Source of the DNA: Takakia lepidozioides
Taxonomy: Eukaryota; Plantae; Bryophyta
Length of the DNA: 64,000 nt
Reading direction: 5' to 3'
Assembly (NCBI GenBank): GCA_030704615.1
Contig: CM060731.1
Coordinates: 26,412,001-26,476,000, forward strand
Under the pieces are notes generated by a model. It saw nothing but the letters and a program-made list of their open reading frames with translations. It was not told the DNA's origin and searched no databases. How positions within the stretch are numbered: the first letter of the stretch is position 1; each line of letters begins with the position of its first letter. The position numbers were made by a program, and so were the translations under genes. This document shows, in pieces, positions 46,651-59,300 of this stretch.

Positions 46651-49600
46651 TCACTGTGGGTTATGATTGCTGGAAACACCCTTACTGGCAGTCCCATCCA
46701 CCTGCACTCCGGAAGGTACCAACAATGTGCTCTCATTGTGAACACCATCCCCATTAACCATTGCATCCGGCTTTTCCCCAAACCCAATCTGAGTTTCATC
46801 AAATCCTCCGCCCATCATCATATCATCCAAAGATCGTTTCCTGGGCTGCCCCTCTGGGGCTGTGCTTGCTTCAATGTTGGAGACTGCCATAGATGTGGCA
46901 CGTTTGACCCCCCTCCCCACAACCCCCAGATGAGTCACATTGGCCGTAGAAGAGGATGCCCCCCCCAGCGATGGTGCATCAAACCCCTCACTTGTTGACG
47001 GGGCATCGAACGCTCCATTGCTTGAACCACTTGCTTGTGAGCCTGCAACTAGAGATACAATTTGCTTTATATTTGCTACCGCTTCAGGATTAGCCGCTTG
47101 CAAAGCCTCCACCAAAGAGGGAGCGGACGCCATTTCTTTGAGTTCATCTGCCTGCATGGGGCAGCCGGTCAGAACTTTGGCAGAAAGATGCAAAAACAAG
47201 CATATACAAATGCACAATGTCCATATGTGACCCGTCGAAGCAGGACTCAACTCCTAGTCATAAAGGACATGACCAACACTAAGAACCAGCAACTACGTTA
47301 CCCACCTTCTCTCTGAGATCCATAAGTGATTCTTCAATCTCCTTTATTTCTTCCTCTGGGTCCTCCAAATTAGCGTTATCAAGCATAGCTGCATCTGCGG
47401 CGGAAAGGCTCTCTAACTTCTCTTGGAGTCCTTTCCCTTTGCTTTCTTCTTCCAAGACTTTCACTTCTTCACCCTTTTCATGACCAATCACCCCCAGCAG
47501 CTTCACATGGGCTCCTTCACCTTTAGCTTGAACCAGTTCATTCCTGAGCCTTTGCACACGAGCTTCACAAATTGAAACAGCACGGTTGCAGTAGTCAAGT
47601 GCCTCCTTAGGCTTGAGGTCCAGCTGATGTGCAAGGGCAATCTTGAAATGCCTGCACAGAGGAGTGAGCACTGTTAGATTTAGCATGGCCTACTCTGTAC
47701 CAGCCTTCTGTTCCTTTAGGCACGGGAATCAAAGGGTATATCCACTTGCCAGCTGCAAACTGCCAACCTTCCCGAGTAAGATAAAATTATGCTTCTCCAA
47801 GCCTAAATTGGGCCCCTCTTCATGTCTCTCCCCCTGTGCCGTTTCACCTCCCAAGGATGTAATGAATTTCTTTCCTTCTTTCTTTTTCTTTCTTTCGCAC
47901 AGGGAAGGGCAGGTTCACAATTTTACTTCTTCAAGGAAAAAATATGCATCCTCCAAATGCCCACGGCCACAGCCGTTCAATAATAGAGCGCCAAACATGC
48001 CCTCACTTTAAGGTTTTCTGGAAGATGTTCAGGAAGTAGATAACTCGCCTAATTGGAGCCACTTATCTCAACTACAGCATAATGGTTGCTGTACTTGGAC
48101 ACACATATAACGCAAAAATCCACACAGGTGGGGGTAATTAACAGAGTAGTACAGTTCCGCAAGGTTACGGCTGTCAGGTTCAACTAGACACTCCAAGAGT
48201 TGCAGAGCCTTCGCATAGTCGTCAAAGCAAGTCTTGTAATCCTCTGCAGATTCCATTGCACACTCCTGTCAGGCTGTTAGATAAACAATATATGACAAAG
48301 TAGTTCCTGCTAGTCAGTCCACAATAGTCAATTAAATCCTCACAGCAGTTTTAATTAGAGACATCTGTCTTTTAAGTCAACTAGAATCACCGCTACTGTT
48401 TTTTATTGAACTTTCCCTTGCATGTCGTAGTCAACTGGAAGATGTTGTCCAGTTAGCCGTGAATCCCTCTCAAAACTTCATTATAGCTATCAAACTACTG
48501 GCAATTGCATTTGAAAGGCTACAAGTGTAGATAGAAGCAACCAATATAATCAGATAGGGTTAAGCCTTAAATCCCTAGAAGTTGAGGGCCCTAACTTCTG
48601 GGCAAAGTACTGGTTGTGTGTAATTTTGTCCTTGTTGCGGTGAATGTATCTGAGGTATTCTATATTACAATTTTTGTCTGCCATTATATCATGTTTACTC
48701 CATCAGTCTGATACTCTGCAATCCGCACTGGCTCCTCTCTCTATGACAGTCTCTCACCATGCTTTGTCGCGTTATTAGACCTGCCTTGGAGTACAGATCT
48801 GCTATATGGGTTGATAACCCAACCAGGCTAAGTCTCTAGAATCCATTCAAGTGGGGGTGCTTAAGGAGTGTATGTCAGCATGCTCCAAAACAGCCAATGT
48901 GGCTGTTCGGGGTGAGTTTGGCATTCCGTCCTTAAGCTCCCAACGAGATGAATTCAAGGTCAGATGGTGGGGTCAGCTGCAACATATGCCCAACACCAGA
49001 TATCCTAAGTTAATCGACTCTATATCTTGGAAACAGGACCGCCCTGTCAAACAGGCTAAGTCCTGGCAGAAGAGAGTAGAAGAGATCCTCGAGGTCCTGG
49101 ACCTGGATCCGCAAGTCTTGACCCTGCTGGATAAATCTGACTTAGAGGCTGTAGTGTCCTCAGCCATGTCTGTTGCCATGAGATTGTCTGATGAAAATGA
49201 AGTTAGGCAGAAAACTTCCCTGAACTTGTTTCCAGTCTGTGACATGGGGGAGGACATCTTGGATGACCTCAGGGGTCTACCCACTCTCCGCACTAGACTG
49301 AAATTTAAACTCAGGGCAGGAAGCCTACCTTTGAACAGCAAACAGAAGCAGAGAGGAAAGGGAGAGTGCAATTGCCCGTTGTGTGGGCAATCTGAAGACA
49401 GTATTCATTTTCTGATACACTGTCCGGGGTTCTCTCACCAAAGAGACGCTCTCTTCAAATCTATTAAGGGAATTGTGCCTGTACCCCTGTTTACCAACTT
49501 TGAAAGTCTCGAGGCTGAGCCAAAAGCCCAGGCCCTCCTGAGGCCTAGTTTTTGGGCAAATCACACACAGCAGATTGATGCTTGTGTGAAGGGATTTCTA

Positions 49601-52056
49601 GAGGATATCTGGAAAACCCGGATTAATTCTTTATATGGAGGTAAGTCTTACTACCCCTGACAGAGGTAGGTTCTGTCCCTTTTGTTCCCGCTCAAACTGG
49701 GCGCGGGGTCAATGGCCACAAGGCTACGGCAAACAACGTCTTATGAGTACAATCTCTCACTCACTCTACCAATCATTCCAGATAATCAAGACGGCACAAC
49801 GGAGCCTACAAGAAATACCTTTAAAGCAATTTACGTCAGCAAGTTTGGTCACAATGTCAACAGTTTCAATGGTTTGGAACCCATGCTTTTCATGGATTAC
49901 ACGAGCAAACTCCAACATTTTCCAGGCATCCTCCAGGTCACCTTCTTCCTCCTCTTCTCTGTCCTCCCCATCATCGACTTCTCCATCACCCTCACCATCT
50001 TCTTCATCAGCAGGATCTTCAGTTTGCTCTGTAAGAATCAAAACTGCATGTTAGACAGTTTTCCCAGCATTGTCACATGCTGCTGTGAGAACCGTGTGGT
50101 CATCTGACACCCTAAATTGAGGTCCTAATGTTAAGACACTTGGCAATGATGTCAAGCTTAAGACCTGAAATAATCAACTCCATTATCAGGCACATACCCC
50201 CTCTCTTGAGATCAGAAAGGGAAAATTAAAGTAAACCTTTGGCCTTGGAAGGCTCGGCAGAAGGAGAGGAGGCACCATTGTTTCCCTTTGCAGCAACAGG
50301 CTCACACAAGGGGTCTGCTTCAGCCTGGAGTTTGTCAAAGAGAGCACATCCATACTTGTAGTAGGTGGTCGCACACTCAGGTGCTAGCTCCCCATAGTGT
50401 AGCACCCTGCAGTAGCCAGGATGCATCTCAGGTCAGGTGTGTGGGTGGTCTGGCGTGCATGTGTGTGTGTGTGAGAGAGAGAGAGAGGGAGAGTAGCTGG
50501 ATAACACCTCCCAGACCCATCCACTAGAGGAGGATACTTGCCAACAGGATGAACCAAGCATCATAGCAAACAGTAAGTCCATAGATCCATGCAGGGTGTA
50601 ACTTTACAAGCAGCTCTGCCAGAAATTGTACACAATGTATGATCATAATACAAATGGCAGCATATGGTTCCCTCGCTCGAGCCACAAACCTAGGAGTTAG
50701 CCTGACCGATCCAAGGAGACTAAATTTTTCCTATCCTCTTCTAATGTGGAATGCATTCCTTAGAACCGCATTTGACGTAATTGCCAACTAACTGTTCAAG
50801 AGCGAGTATTCAGTCTCAGAAAACAAGGGTGTTTACCACTTGGCAAAATAAAATATGTCATACATTATTACAGGGAGGCTGCGGGCACCAGTATGGGTAT
50901 CGCTCTCCCCAACCCTCGCCCAGCATTCTCCTCCTCTGATTCTGTTACTTGTGGTGCGAGTCAAGTGAGGAAAACTTCACCCTTACTCCACTAATTCATC
51001 ATTCCTGGGCTAATACGTTAGAGAATTTTCGATTTAGTTTGGCCCAGGTTCCTGTGACAGTGAACATTGACTGTGTATCGACCAGAATACAAAAAGGACC
51101 ACTTAACCACTGCATTGGAAGCCACAAGTGCTGCGCATCCTGTTTGACTATTGCAAGGAAAGTTTCATGCAAAGTACAGCAAGAGTTCCAGTGCTACTCC
51201 CACAGCTCTAGAATGCCTGCTGCCTTCCAATCAAACCTCTCACATCTGTTTCTAAAGTCCAAATTTGTACATGTCTTATATATCACACCCTAGGCCCTTG
51301 AATAGCAGCAGTAGCAAGAATTATGGCCAGTACAGCTAGACTTTAGACATGGTTGACAACACGGATACAATGTAAGTACAACGTCTCCCAGAAAGACTTA
51401 TGGACGAAATTCACTGTAGTTTTTAACAGGAGCTGAGGGAGGTCATATTTACCCCGCAAGTAGATAGAAACAACGTGGATAAATCGTCACTTCCGAGAGG
51501 CTGAGTTACTGACAGGGATTTCTTGATACGAATCAATATGAAACTAGTCAGTAACCCATAGTTCTCTGTTCTCAAGATACCGGAAGTAATTATCCCACAG
51601 AATACTTGCCAGCTATATGACTTAAATACCCAGAAACAGAACAAACCATGGTTACAGTCTGCTGTTAATCAGAAATAAAGATCCTTTGCTGGTTGCTTCG
51701 CTTCTACATTATGACAACTAAAATATACTTCACAAATTAGGTCTCAACATTCATGACTTGACGCCGAGCACTCACTGTAAGGCGCACTGCTAATTGAAAT
51801 TGGTTGCACGTATAGGTCTACAGGTCATGATCATGAACAAGAAATTTCAATGTGGAGCAGTAATCGCCAACAATCCCTACAGAGAAGAAGAAAACACTGC
51901 GCACCGGATTTCCAGAGCCTTGCTCAGGCAGTCAGCAGCCTCGTCAAAGGAGTCATTGAGCAGGGCCGTGCAGCCAAGATCAAAGAGACGCTGTGCATCA
52001 TACAGAACACCGGTCACATTTTCCTCGCTGGCCGGCATGGCGGCGACAGATGGCAT
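46651..52056 (-). CDS. NASP: NASP/Sim3-family SHNi-TPR histone chaperone, multi-exon
   Basis: DEAADCLSKALEIR / HYGELAPECATTYYKYGCAL / acidic insert GDLEDAWKMLEFARVI / DYAKAL..VEPDSRNLAEL / VTHLGVVGRGVKRA. Confidence 0.9.
48760..49750 (+). mobile_element. 5'-truncated non-LTR retrotransposon (RTE/RTEX-like C-terminus) in a NASP intron
   Basis: RPALEY..LESIQ..NVAVRGEFG..YPK..KFKLRAG..CPLC..EDSIHFLIHC. Confidence 0.8.
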
Positions 52057-52439
52057 GGCCTTCCAGACAAGAGAGAGGAAGAGGGAGAGAAAAGCAGCAA
52101 GACGCTGCTCCAAATTCTCAGTTCTTCAGTAGACCGCACAGGACAAAAACGAGAATAGCAGCGTTCATTCAACTGGAAGAAGACGAGAGCATTCAGTTGA
52201 GATGGAGAAATTTTTACGTTGTGAAAATGTGGAGAAGCGAGTTTTGGAGTGTGCGAGACAGAGAAGCGCGGGAGGGGGCTAGGCCGGTACATCCATAGGG
52301 TTCTTAGTTTCCCGCCTACGTGTCAATCCGTCCGGTCATCCGGTCACCCCTGACCTGATGAACCGGTACACCCTCACCTGAAAATTTCTTTTTCTTCTTA
52401 AGGCACACGTGAGATCTCTGACAGCACCGGACTCCATCA

Positions 52440-52825
52440 TGTCAAATCTTCCCCACCACCTGTCGAGAGTGACGCGGAAGTGGGTAAGCCCCTCGGGTCG
52501 TCCATGATGGCCTCACCCATGCCACGGACTGGAAACAAGTTCAGGATAGTCACAGTCACCAGATATAGACCGGGTGACACAAATAACACACTGACAATGA
52601 TTAGGGTGACACAAATAACACACTGACAATGATTAGGGTGACACAAATGATACTGAACGGGGTGACACGGCCATCCATCAAGAACCAACCCCATACCTCA
52701 TGGTTACCTTCGACATCGCCTTAGGCTACCAAGAGACTATTTGTCGCTGCTCACCCACCGCATTCTACAATATTTTTAAAATAAATAGTGAGTCCCAGGT
52801 GAAAAGGGGTGGGGAAAATTTGACA
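52440..52825. repeat. Small element bounded by 18-bp inverted repeats, with internal 32-bp tandem repeats
   Basis: TGTCAAATCTTCCCCACC ... GGTGGGGAAAATTTGACA; gggtgacacaaataacacactgacaatgatta x2-3; no TSD found. Confidence 0.5.
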
Positions 52826-53152
52826 GGGCCCCCGACTCAGGAAGAGGCTGCTTGCCTTCTCTCCTTTATTGGCTCCTCTAGCCTAGCCGGAAGGGGCCGT
52901 ACCGCTTTGCACCTGTAAGGGGGAAGTCTTTCTTATTTTCTCTATTGGCTCCTCCCCAGTCAAGAGAAGACTCCGAATCACTGAAAAAAAAAAACAAAAT
53001 ATGTAAGTTGCTCTCATAACTACCCTAGATAAAACCTACATTGAATGCATCTTCCTTGGTAAAGCCTTTTTCAAATTCCCTCAATTACATCGCATTACAA
53101 TTTACTATTCATTATTAATTTTGATAATATATTCTATAACTTTTCATCACAA

Positions 53153-55200
53153 TTTTTTTTTTTTTTTTGAAAAGGGACCGAGGCCCTGCTCGAACCTTAT
53201 TATAATTATTGTAGGGAAAAAAATAAACCCTCGGTTGCCAAAGGCTGCCATAAGGCATGTCACAGAGGAGGTTGTGCCAGATAACGTAGAGCTAGTAACT
53301 GTAACAAGAAGACACCATAAGACGTGATTAAATCACTAGAAACTCCAAGTGTGGAGAGGGTCCAGCCCTCAGTTGATTATCTGGTGGAGTGTAGCATTAG
53401 GGTGATAAGAGTGTAATTTAGCGAGTAGGGAGGGAAGAGGGTTAGAAGAGGACTCTAGCCCTAAGAATACTTGGCAGAGGTAGGATCGGGGGTTCGACGG
53501 AACGGGGTGGTAGCAAAGGGGGATGGTGAAGAAGGAGCATGCAGGATAGAGAGAGGCGAGAGTGAGACAAAGTGGGGGATTGGATTAGAGCAGAGAAATA
53601 AGAGTTCTAACGGTGGAAGTATAGGCGCGCTGCTGAGGAGGACTTGACATGCTTCCAGTTGATCTCCGATCTTTCAAACTCTGGGGATGCTGAAGAGCAA
53701 TCCTCTGTGTCCTTCCCAGTAGGAGGGGATGCCCTCTGTCCAAATACAGGAGAGATCATAAGTGCAATGACAAATGATTCCGAGGTGGGCCCAAGTTGTC
53801 TGGAAGGCATGGAGTAGTGCAGGCTGGCGCTCAGGTTTCCTGACAACCTCTGCACACAAGGAAACCCATTCTTTTTTAGCTGCTACTTTGAGATCGAAGA
53901 AGACAAGAGTCAAAATAGCAGTTGCGGATGTATTTTCCTTGTTGTAGATCCATGCACATCGACCCTTCCATATGTTCCAGAGAACTGAGTATCTGAGCAC
54001 TTCAAAAACCGGGCAGTCATGAGCTTTTGCTTTCCTTGTTTGACTATAGTTGAGGAGGATTTTCACGGAGTGAAGGTTGAAGGGCTCCCAGTTTCTGTAG
54101 AATGATTGGACCAAGGGCCAGATAATTTTTGGTGCTAGGCATTGAAGGAGACAATGCTCCTGGGTTTCTACTGTTTGGTCAGGACAACATCCACATATGG
54201 TAGCAGCGTTGAAGTTTAAATTAATGTATTGACCAACCTTGAGGACTCTGTTGGCTATCTGCCACAGAAAGGCACTTATCTTGGCAGGCTTTTTCTTCTC
54301 CCAGACTATTGACCAGATGCCCTTCCAGTTTTCCTCGCTGAATCTCTCATGATTCCATCTGCCCTCCCATTTTGTGGTGAGAGGTCTGGCACGAAGTAAT
54401 GCTCTGTAACCCTGTCGAGTAGAGTATCAGAAGAGAGGATGAATCTCATCATTGATTGTCCACTGCCACTCAGCAGGGTCCAATTGCAATGCGATGCCCG
54501 AGTTTCCAACCAGAGTGAATGATTCTTGCCTGAGCCATGTTAACAGGGGAATAACCCCTGGGACAGAAGGATTGAAGTTTTTTTTCCAGTGAAGACCAGT
54601 GGCAGATCCTAGCAAGGATGGCTTCCTGATTTGGAATTGAAATGATGTCTGAGCTAGTAAGGGAGAGGCTGCTTGTAAGTTCATGAGCCTGAAATCTGTA
54701 ACTGGAGATCATAGATGGATAGACTTCAGAAACATAGATGACTTGTAAAGATGGACTTTGTGGAAGAATCCATTGATGTGGTCTATGAGGGTCCGGGCCA
54801 TCCTTGAGTACTAGTTTCCAAGTATCCCGGATTGATTGGATGATGAGAGGTATTCCTGATTGGAGACGATTCGCACCCTGAGCCCCTTTCAGGGATTGAG
54901 GGGTGCTGTCCTAGAGGTGTTTAATCGTGGAGAAGCCTATGTTTTCCCATTCAGCCCATCTTTTTGCTGAACCCCGGTTCTCTATTGATGGGTTAGGGTC
55001 ATTAAGGAATAGGTGATGTCTCAAGGTTTCATGAAATGAGGATGACTCTTTTTTCACCAAAAAAGGCCTGAGACAATTCCAGGATTTCCATATGGAGGAA
55101 GTGCCAGGCTCCAACAAAAAAAAGAAAAAGAGCCTCCAACATTTCCAAAATCTAACAATTGGGCCTAAATTGTGAGCTGTCGCTCCCACTGGGTGTTTCC
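53153..55200 (-). mobile_element. L1-like LINE 3' fragment with poly(A)
   Basis: SSIWKSW, AFLWQIANR, CGCC..ETQEHCLLQC, VLWNIWKGRC; poly(T) at 53153-53169 on plus. Confidence 0.8.
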
Positions 55201-56000
55201 CTTCAATTCTGTTTTGTATCTACCATGACATGCTCACTAAGGGGAGGAAAGCATGGGGCATCTTAATTGCAGCTATTTCCAGATCTTCACAGCAACGCGG
55301 GACCAAGTTGCTCAATGATTTTCTTCAGTCCTGGGGAAAAATGGCACACTCGGCACCAACCTTCCCTCTTTGCGTTTCTGCTGGCATGGCATTATCCCCG
55401 CGGACTGGGAGGTCTCATGGTGATGGGGATGACGGTGACTTTAATTGGAGACATAAGAAGGCTCGCGCTACAAAGTCCCGAACTCAGTTTCGATTTTGGC
55501 TCTTTTACGTGTGCTTCATAGGATGTTCTCTGCTAGCTTAAACAGTGGCTCCTATTGAAAGCGCATAAGTGCTTCAGTGACATTGCTTTGATCTCCATTG
55601 CTGATTTGGGGCACACCTAATCTGCCTCTGTCAAGCAGGTAGAATGCAGGCAGCCTGCAACTGCCTCAGCAGTCAGCTCGTCTTTCTCGTTTGGGCTTAC
55701 TTCTTCTTCTTCTATTGCCCCTGTTTCCACCACCCCGCTCTCGCTGCACCCTTTTGGAACCATAATCCAGCATGCTCGCTCTTACCTTCTAGCTATCAAC
55801 AATCTTCTCCCCTGTCTAGCACCTCATGTAGCAAGTTAGTTTTGGCTCCGGGGAAGTTCCCCCTCAATTAGCCTTCACGGCCTTCCTAGGTGGTTATTTT
55901 TTCCACCTGTTGTCATATGTCTTTTTAATTAATTTGAGTAAAAGGGCCTCCGTCCCCTTTCTCTTTTAAAAAAAGAAAAAAAGAAAAAAAGAAAGAAAAA
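55200..56000 (+). mobile_element. Second L1-like 3' fragment, opposite orientation, A-rich tail
   Basis: RKAWGILI..LLNDFLQSWG parallels the ORF2 end of the neighbour; gggcctccgtcccctttc then an A-rich tail. Confidence 0.55.
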
Positions 56001-56355
56001 TAATTGGAAAATGATGGTCCGGGGGCAGTGTCCCCACCCGTCACGCACCAGGTTCCTCTTTCCTGTTTTGTAATCCCATTTCTATCAATCAATTAACTGA
56101 CTTTCGCAAAAACAAAAATGGTGCTGTGCGGGTGCTGCCGCACGCAACTCACCCGCGGCATCGACACCGTTGAATCCTGATATCAGCGACGGAGACCGGC
56201 CGCGTGGTTGGACGCGAGGTTGTACGCACGGTGGTCAGAATTAGGGTTCAAAGATCTGGAGCCCCATACGGAGGGCCTCTTTTGCAGCCTCCTTGCTGCG
56301 TCTCTCACCCTCTCGCCGTAGCCTGACAGATCGTCTCCTGCCTAGGTGTTCCACC

Positions 56356-59300
56356 ATGGCGACCTTCGCTAAGCCGGAGAATGCCCTCAAGCGGGCGGAA
56401 GGTAGGCTTGAACGCCATTTTTTTAAATTGCATCTGTGTTGTGAATGTAGGATTGTGGAGAATTAGTTGGCTGACCGTGGATTTACTTGTTGCCTGCAGA
56501 GTTGATGAATGTTGGGCAAAAGCAGGCTGCTTTGCAGGCGCTTCATGACCTGATTACTTCAAAGCGGTATAGGGCTTGGCAGAAAACGTTAGAAAGGATC
56601 ATGTTCAAATATGTGGAGCTCTGCGTGGATATGAAGAAGGGCAGGTTTGCCAAGGATGGGCTAATTCAGTATCGCATTGTATGCCAGCAAGTGAATGTGA
56701 GTTCTCTGGAGGAGGTTATCAAATATTTCTTGCAGCTTTCTAGTGAGCGTGCGGAACAAGCACAGGCACAAGCAGCTGAGGTGACACTCGATGTGGAAGA
56801 TTTGGAGGCAGAGAAGAGGCCTGAGGATTTGATGCTGAGCTATGTTAGCGGGGAGAAGGGAAAGGAACGATCGGACCGCGAGCTTGTTACTCCCTGGTTC
56901 AAGTTCTTATGGGAGACTTATCGGACCGTCTTGGAGATTTTAAGGAACAACTCCAAGCTGGAGGCTCTGTACGCAGTACGTCTCACCTGTCAGCTATTAG
57001 TGTTATTACTATAACATATTATGGCGGTAACTATGCATCAGCTATGTCAACTATGCCTTTGTCTGTGGTTTCGACAGAGACATATGGGCCTGGTTAAGGG
57101 CTGGAGCCGAATCTTAGTTTTTTTTTTAAACTCTGTAATTCTCATTGGTCAGCTTTTTGCGGCAACACTTTGGACCTATCTTAGCTATGCATCTTCCAAT
57201 GCCCTCTATCTGTGCTTTCGACTCCAGCGATCTGGTTATTGGTCTGGAGCTGAATGCGTAGGTGTGAAAAGCTTCTAATTATGAAGTTCTTTGGTTATCA
57301 TGGATATTCTGCTGTTCTACTCTTTTTTCTGCACGATTAGGGTTTCACGAGTGCTATTTGCCCTTTCAATTGGCTGGGCGGTTTTTCAGGAAACGTGCTG
57401 TCTGTCGGTTAATTTCTTGTAAATGCTGTTTATTTGAGTTTAGCTAAGGGGAGTTTGGGATGATCACAGATGACAGCACACCGCGCCTTTCAATTTTGTT
57501 TGCAATACAAGCGCACTACTGAGTTCCGGCGACTGTGTGAAATTCTCCGGAACCACTTGACAAATCTGAACAAGTACAGGGATCAGAGGGATAGACCAGA
57601 CTTGACTCAGCCAGAAAGCTTGCAATTGTACCTTGAGACCAGGTTTGAGCAGCTCAAGGTTGCCACAGAGCTTGAGCTATGGCAGGTCGATCTTCTTCCT
57701 TTCTCCTCAGCTTGATGTCATCGGGACTATCATTCACAGCTGTTGCATTCCATTCCTGTGTGCACTGGGGTCGGGAAAGCTCATTTGCAAGTGATTTCCT
57801 GTTGTGAGGTGATTCTATCTTGTACAGGTTCTTGAATGTTCTGTGGAATGTGTGGATGTAAGAATGCAGGGAAGGGGCTCGGCAAGGATTCTTCCTTGTA
57901 GATGTTGGTTTAGGTTGTGAAGTTTGGATTCCATCCAGAGGGGGTTGGGAATCAACCCAAATGCATTGCCTTTCAAGACTCATGTTGCAAGGAGGTGGTG
58001 TTGTACACAATGGAAGCCTACTGTTTGTAAGGTTGGGGGCGGGTACAAGGAGTTGACTGGTTTGCATTTATGATGGTATGCAGGAGGCGTTTCGGTCAAT
58101 AGAGGATATCCATGGCTTGATGTCCATGGTAAAGAAATCTCCAAAACCCCAGATGATGGCCATTTACTATGCAAAATTGACCAAGATATTCTGGGTCTCG
58201 GAGAGTCATTTGTACCATGCGTATGCATGGTACAAGCTCTACAATTTGCAGAAGAGCTACAACAAGAACCTCACGCAGAAGGATCTGCAGTTGATGGCAT
58301 CATCTGTGATACTGGCCACCCTTGCTGTCACACCATATGACCGCAAGCATGGTGCTCACCATTTTGAGCTAGAGATGGAGAAAGACAGGAATGTGCGCAT
58401 GGCCAATCTTTTGGGCTTCACTCTGGACCCGAAAAGAGATTCCCGCGAAGTGGTGAGTCCCGCTAGTTAGTGCTAATAGCAAGATTTTTTCACCATCAAC
58501 ACCTCTATCGTTTTGATGTTCCTGGGTACTAGTTGGGTTGAGTTAGTTACCTTTGAACAAGAGCAGAAGTGCATAGAATGTGTTCATGACGGATTGTGGC
58601 TAGTTGTGTTCAAGGCCACATTAACTTCTATGAGTACTTGGCATCATCCATGAAGTCAGTACTGGAGTCGATCCTTCAGCATGTTGCTGTTGCTTAATTT
58701 TGACACAGTGTATTGTTTTCTTATTGATGATATGTGATTCTAAGTCTTGGTTTTTGTTTGCATTCTTGCAGCTGTCTAGGTCAGCCCTGCTTTCAGAACT
58801 GGTAAGTATCTTATTAACCTTCGGTGTTTATTTTATTGTGCAGTCAAAGCAGATGTTAAATGTATAAGTCTTTCTGTCAGTTTGAACAGCATTTGAATTT
58901 CAGGTCATATACGTGAATGTAACTTATACTGTTGGATGTGTGTATTGTATGAGACATTCTCCATTACCATGTCTCTTCATTAGCTCAACATCAACAGAAG
59001 GTAACAAATGGAGGTGATTTTGTGGTCCTATTGTTTTTGTCCATTTGAGCCATTGTTGACAGGAGTCAACCTAATTTAACCTAAATTGGAACTACTTCAC
59101 TGATAAAAAATTTCATGAGTGTTTCCTCTTCACATAGTGTTAGAATATACTAGTCCATGTGATTTAGCTGCTCTAATCTCTTATTCATTTTGAAATGCCC
59201 AGACTATGGATGTCTGCTATTGGGGATGATTTCACCCATGTTTCTGGCTATACCAAGATGTTTCTGGGGTCTGTTGACCACACTGATCACCATTGTTTTG

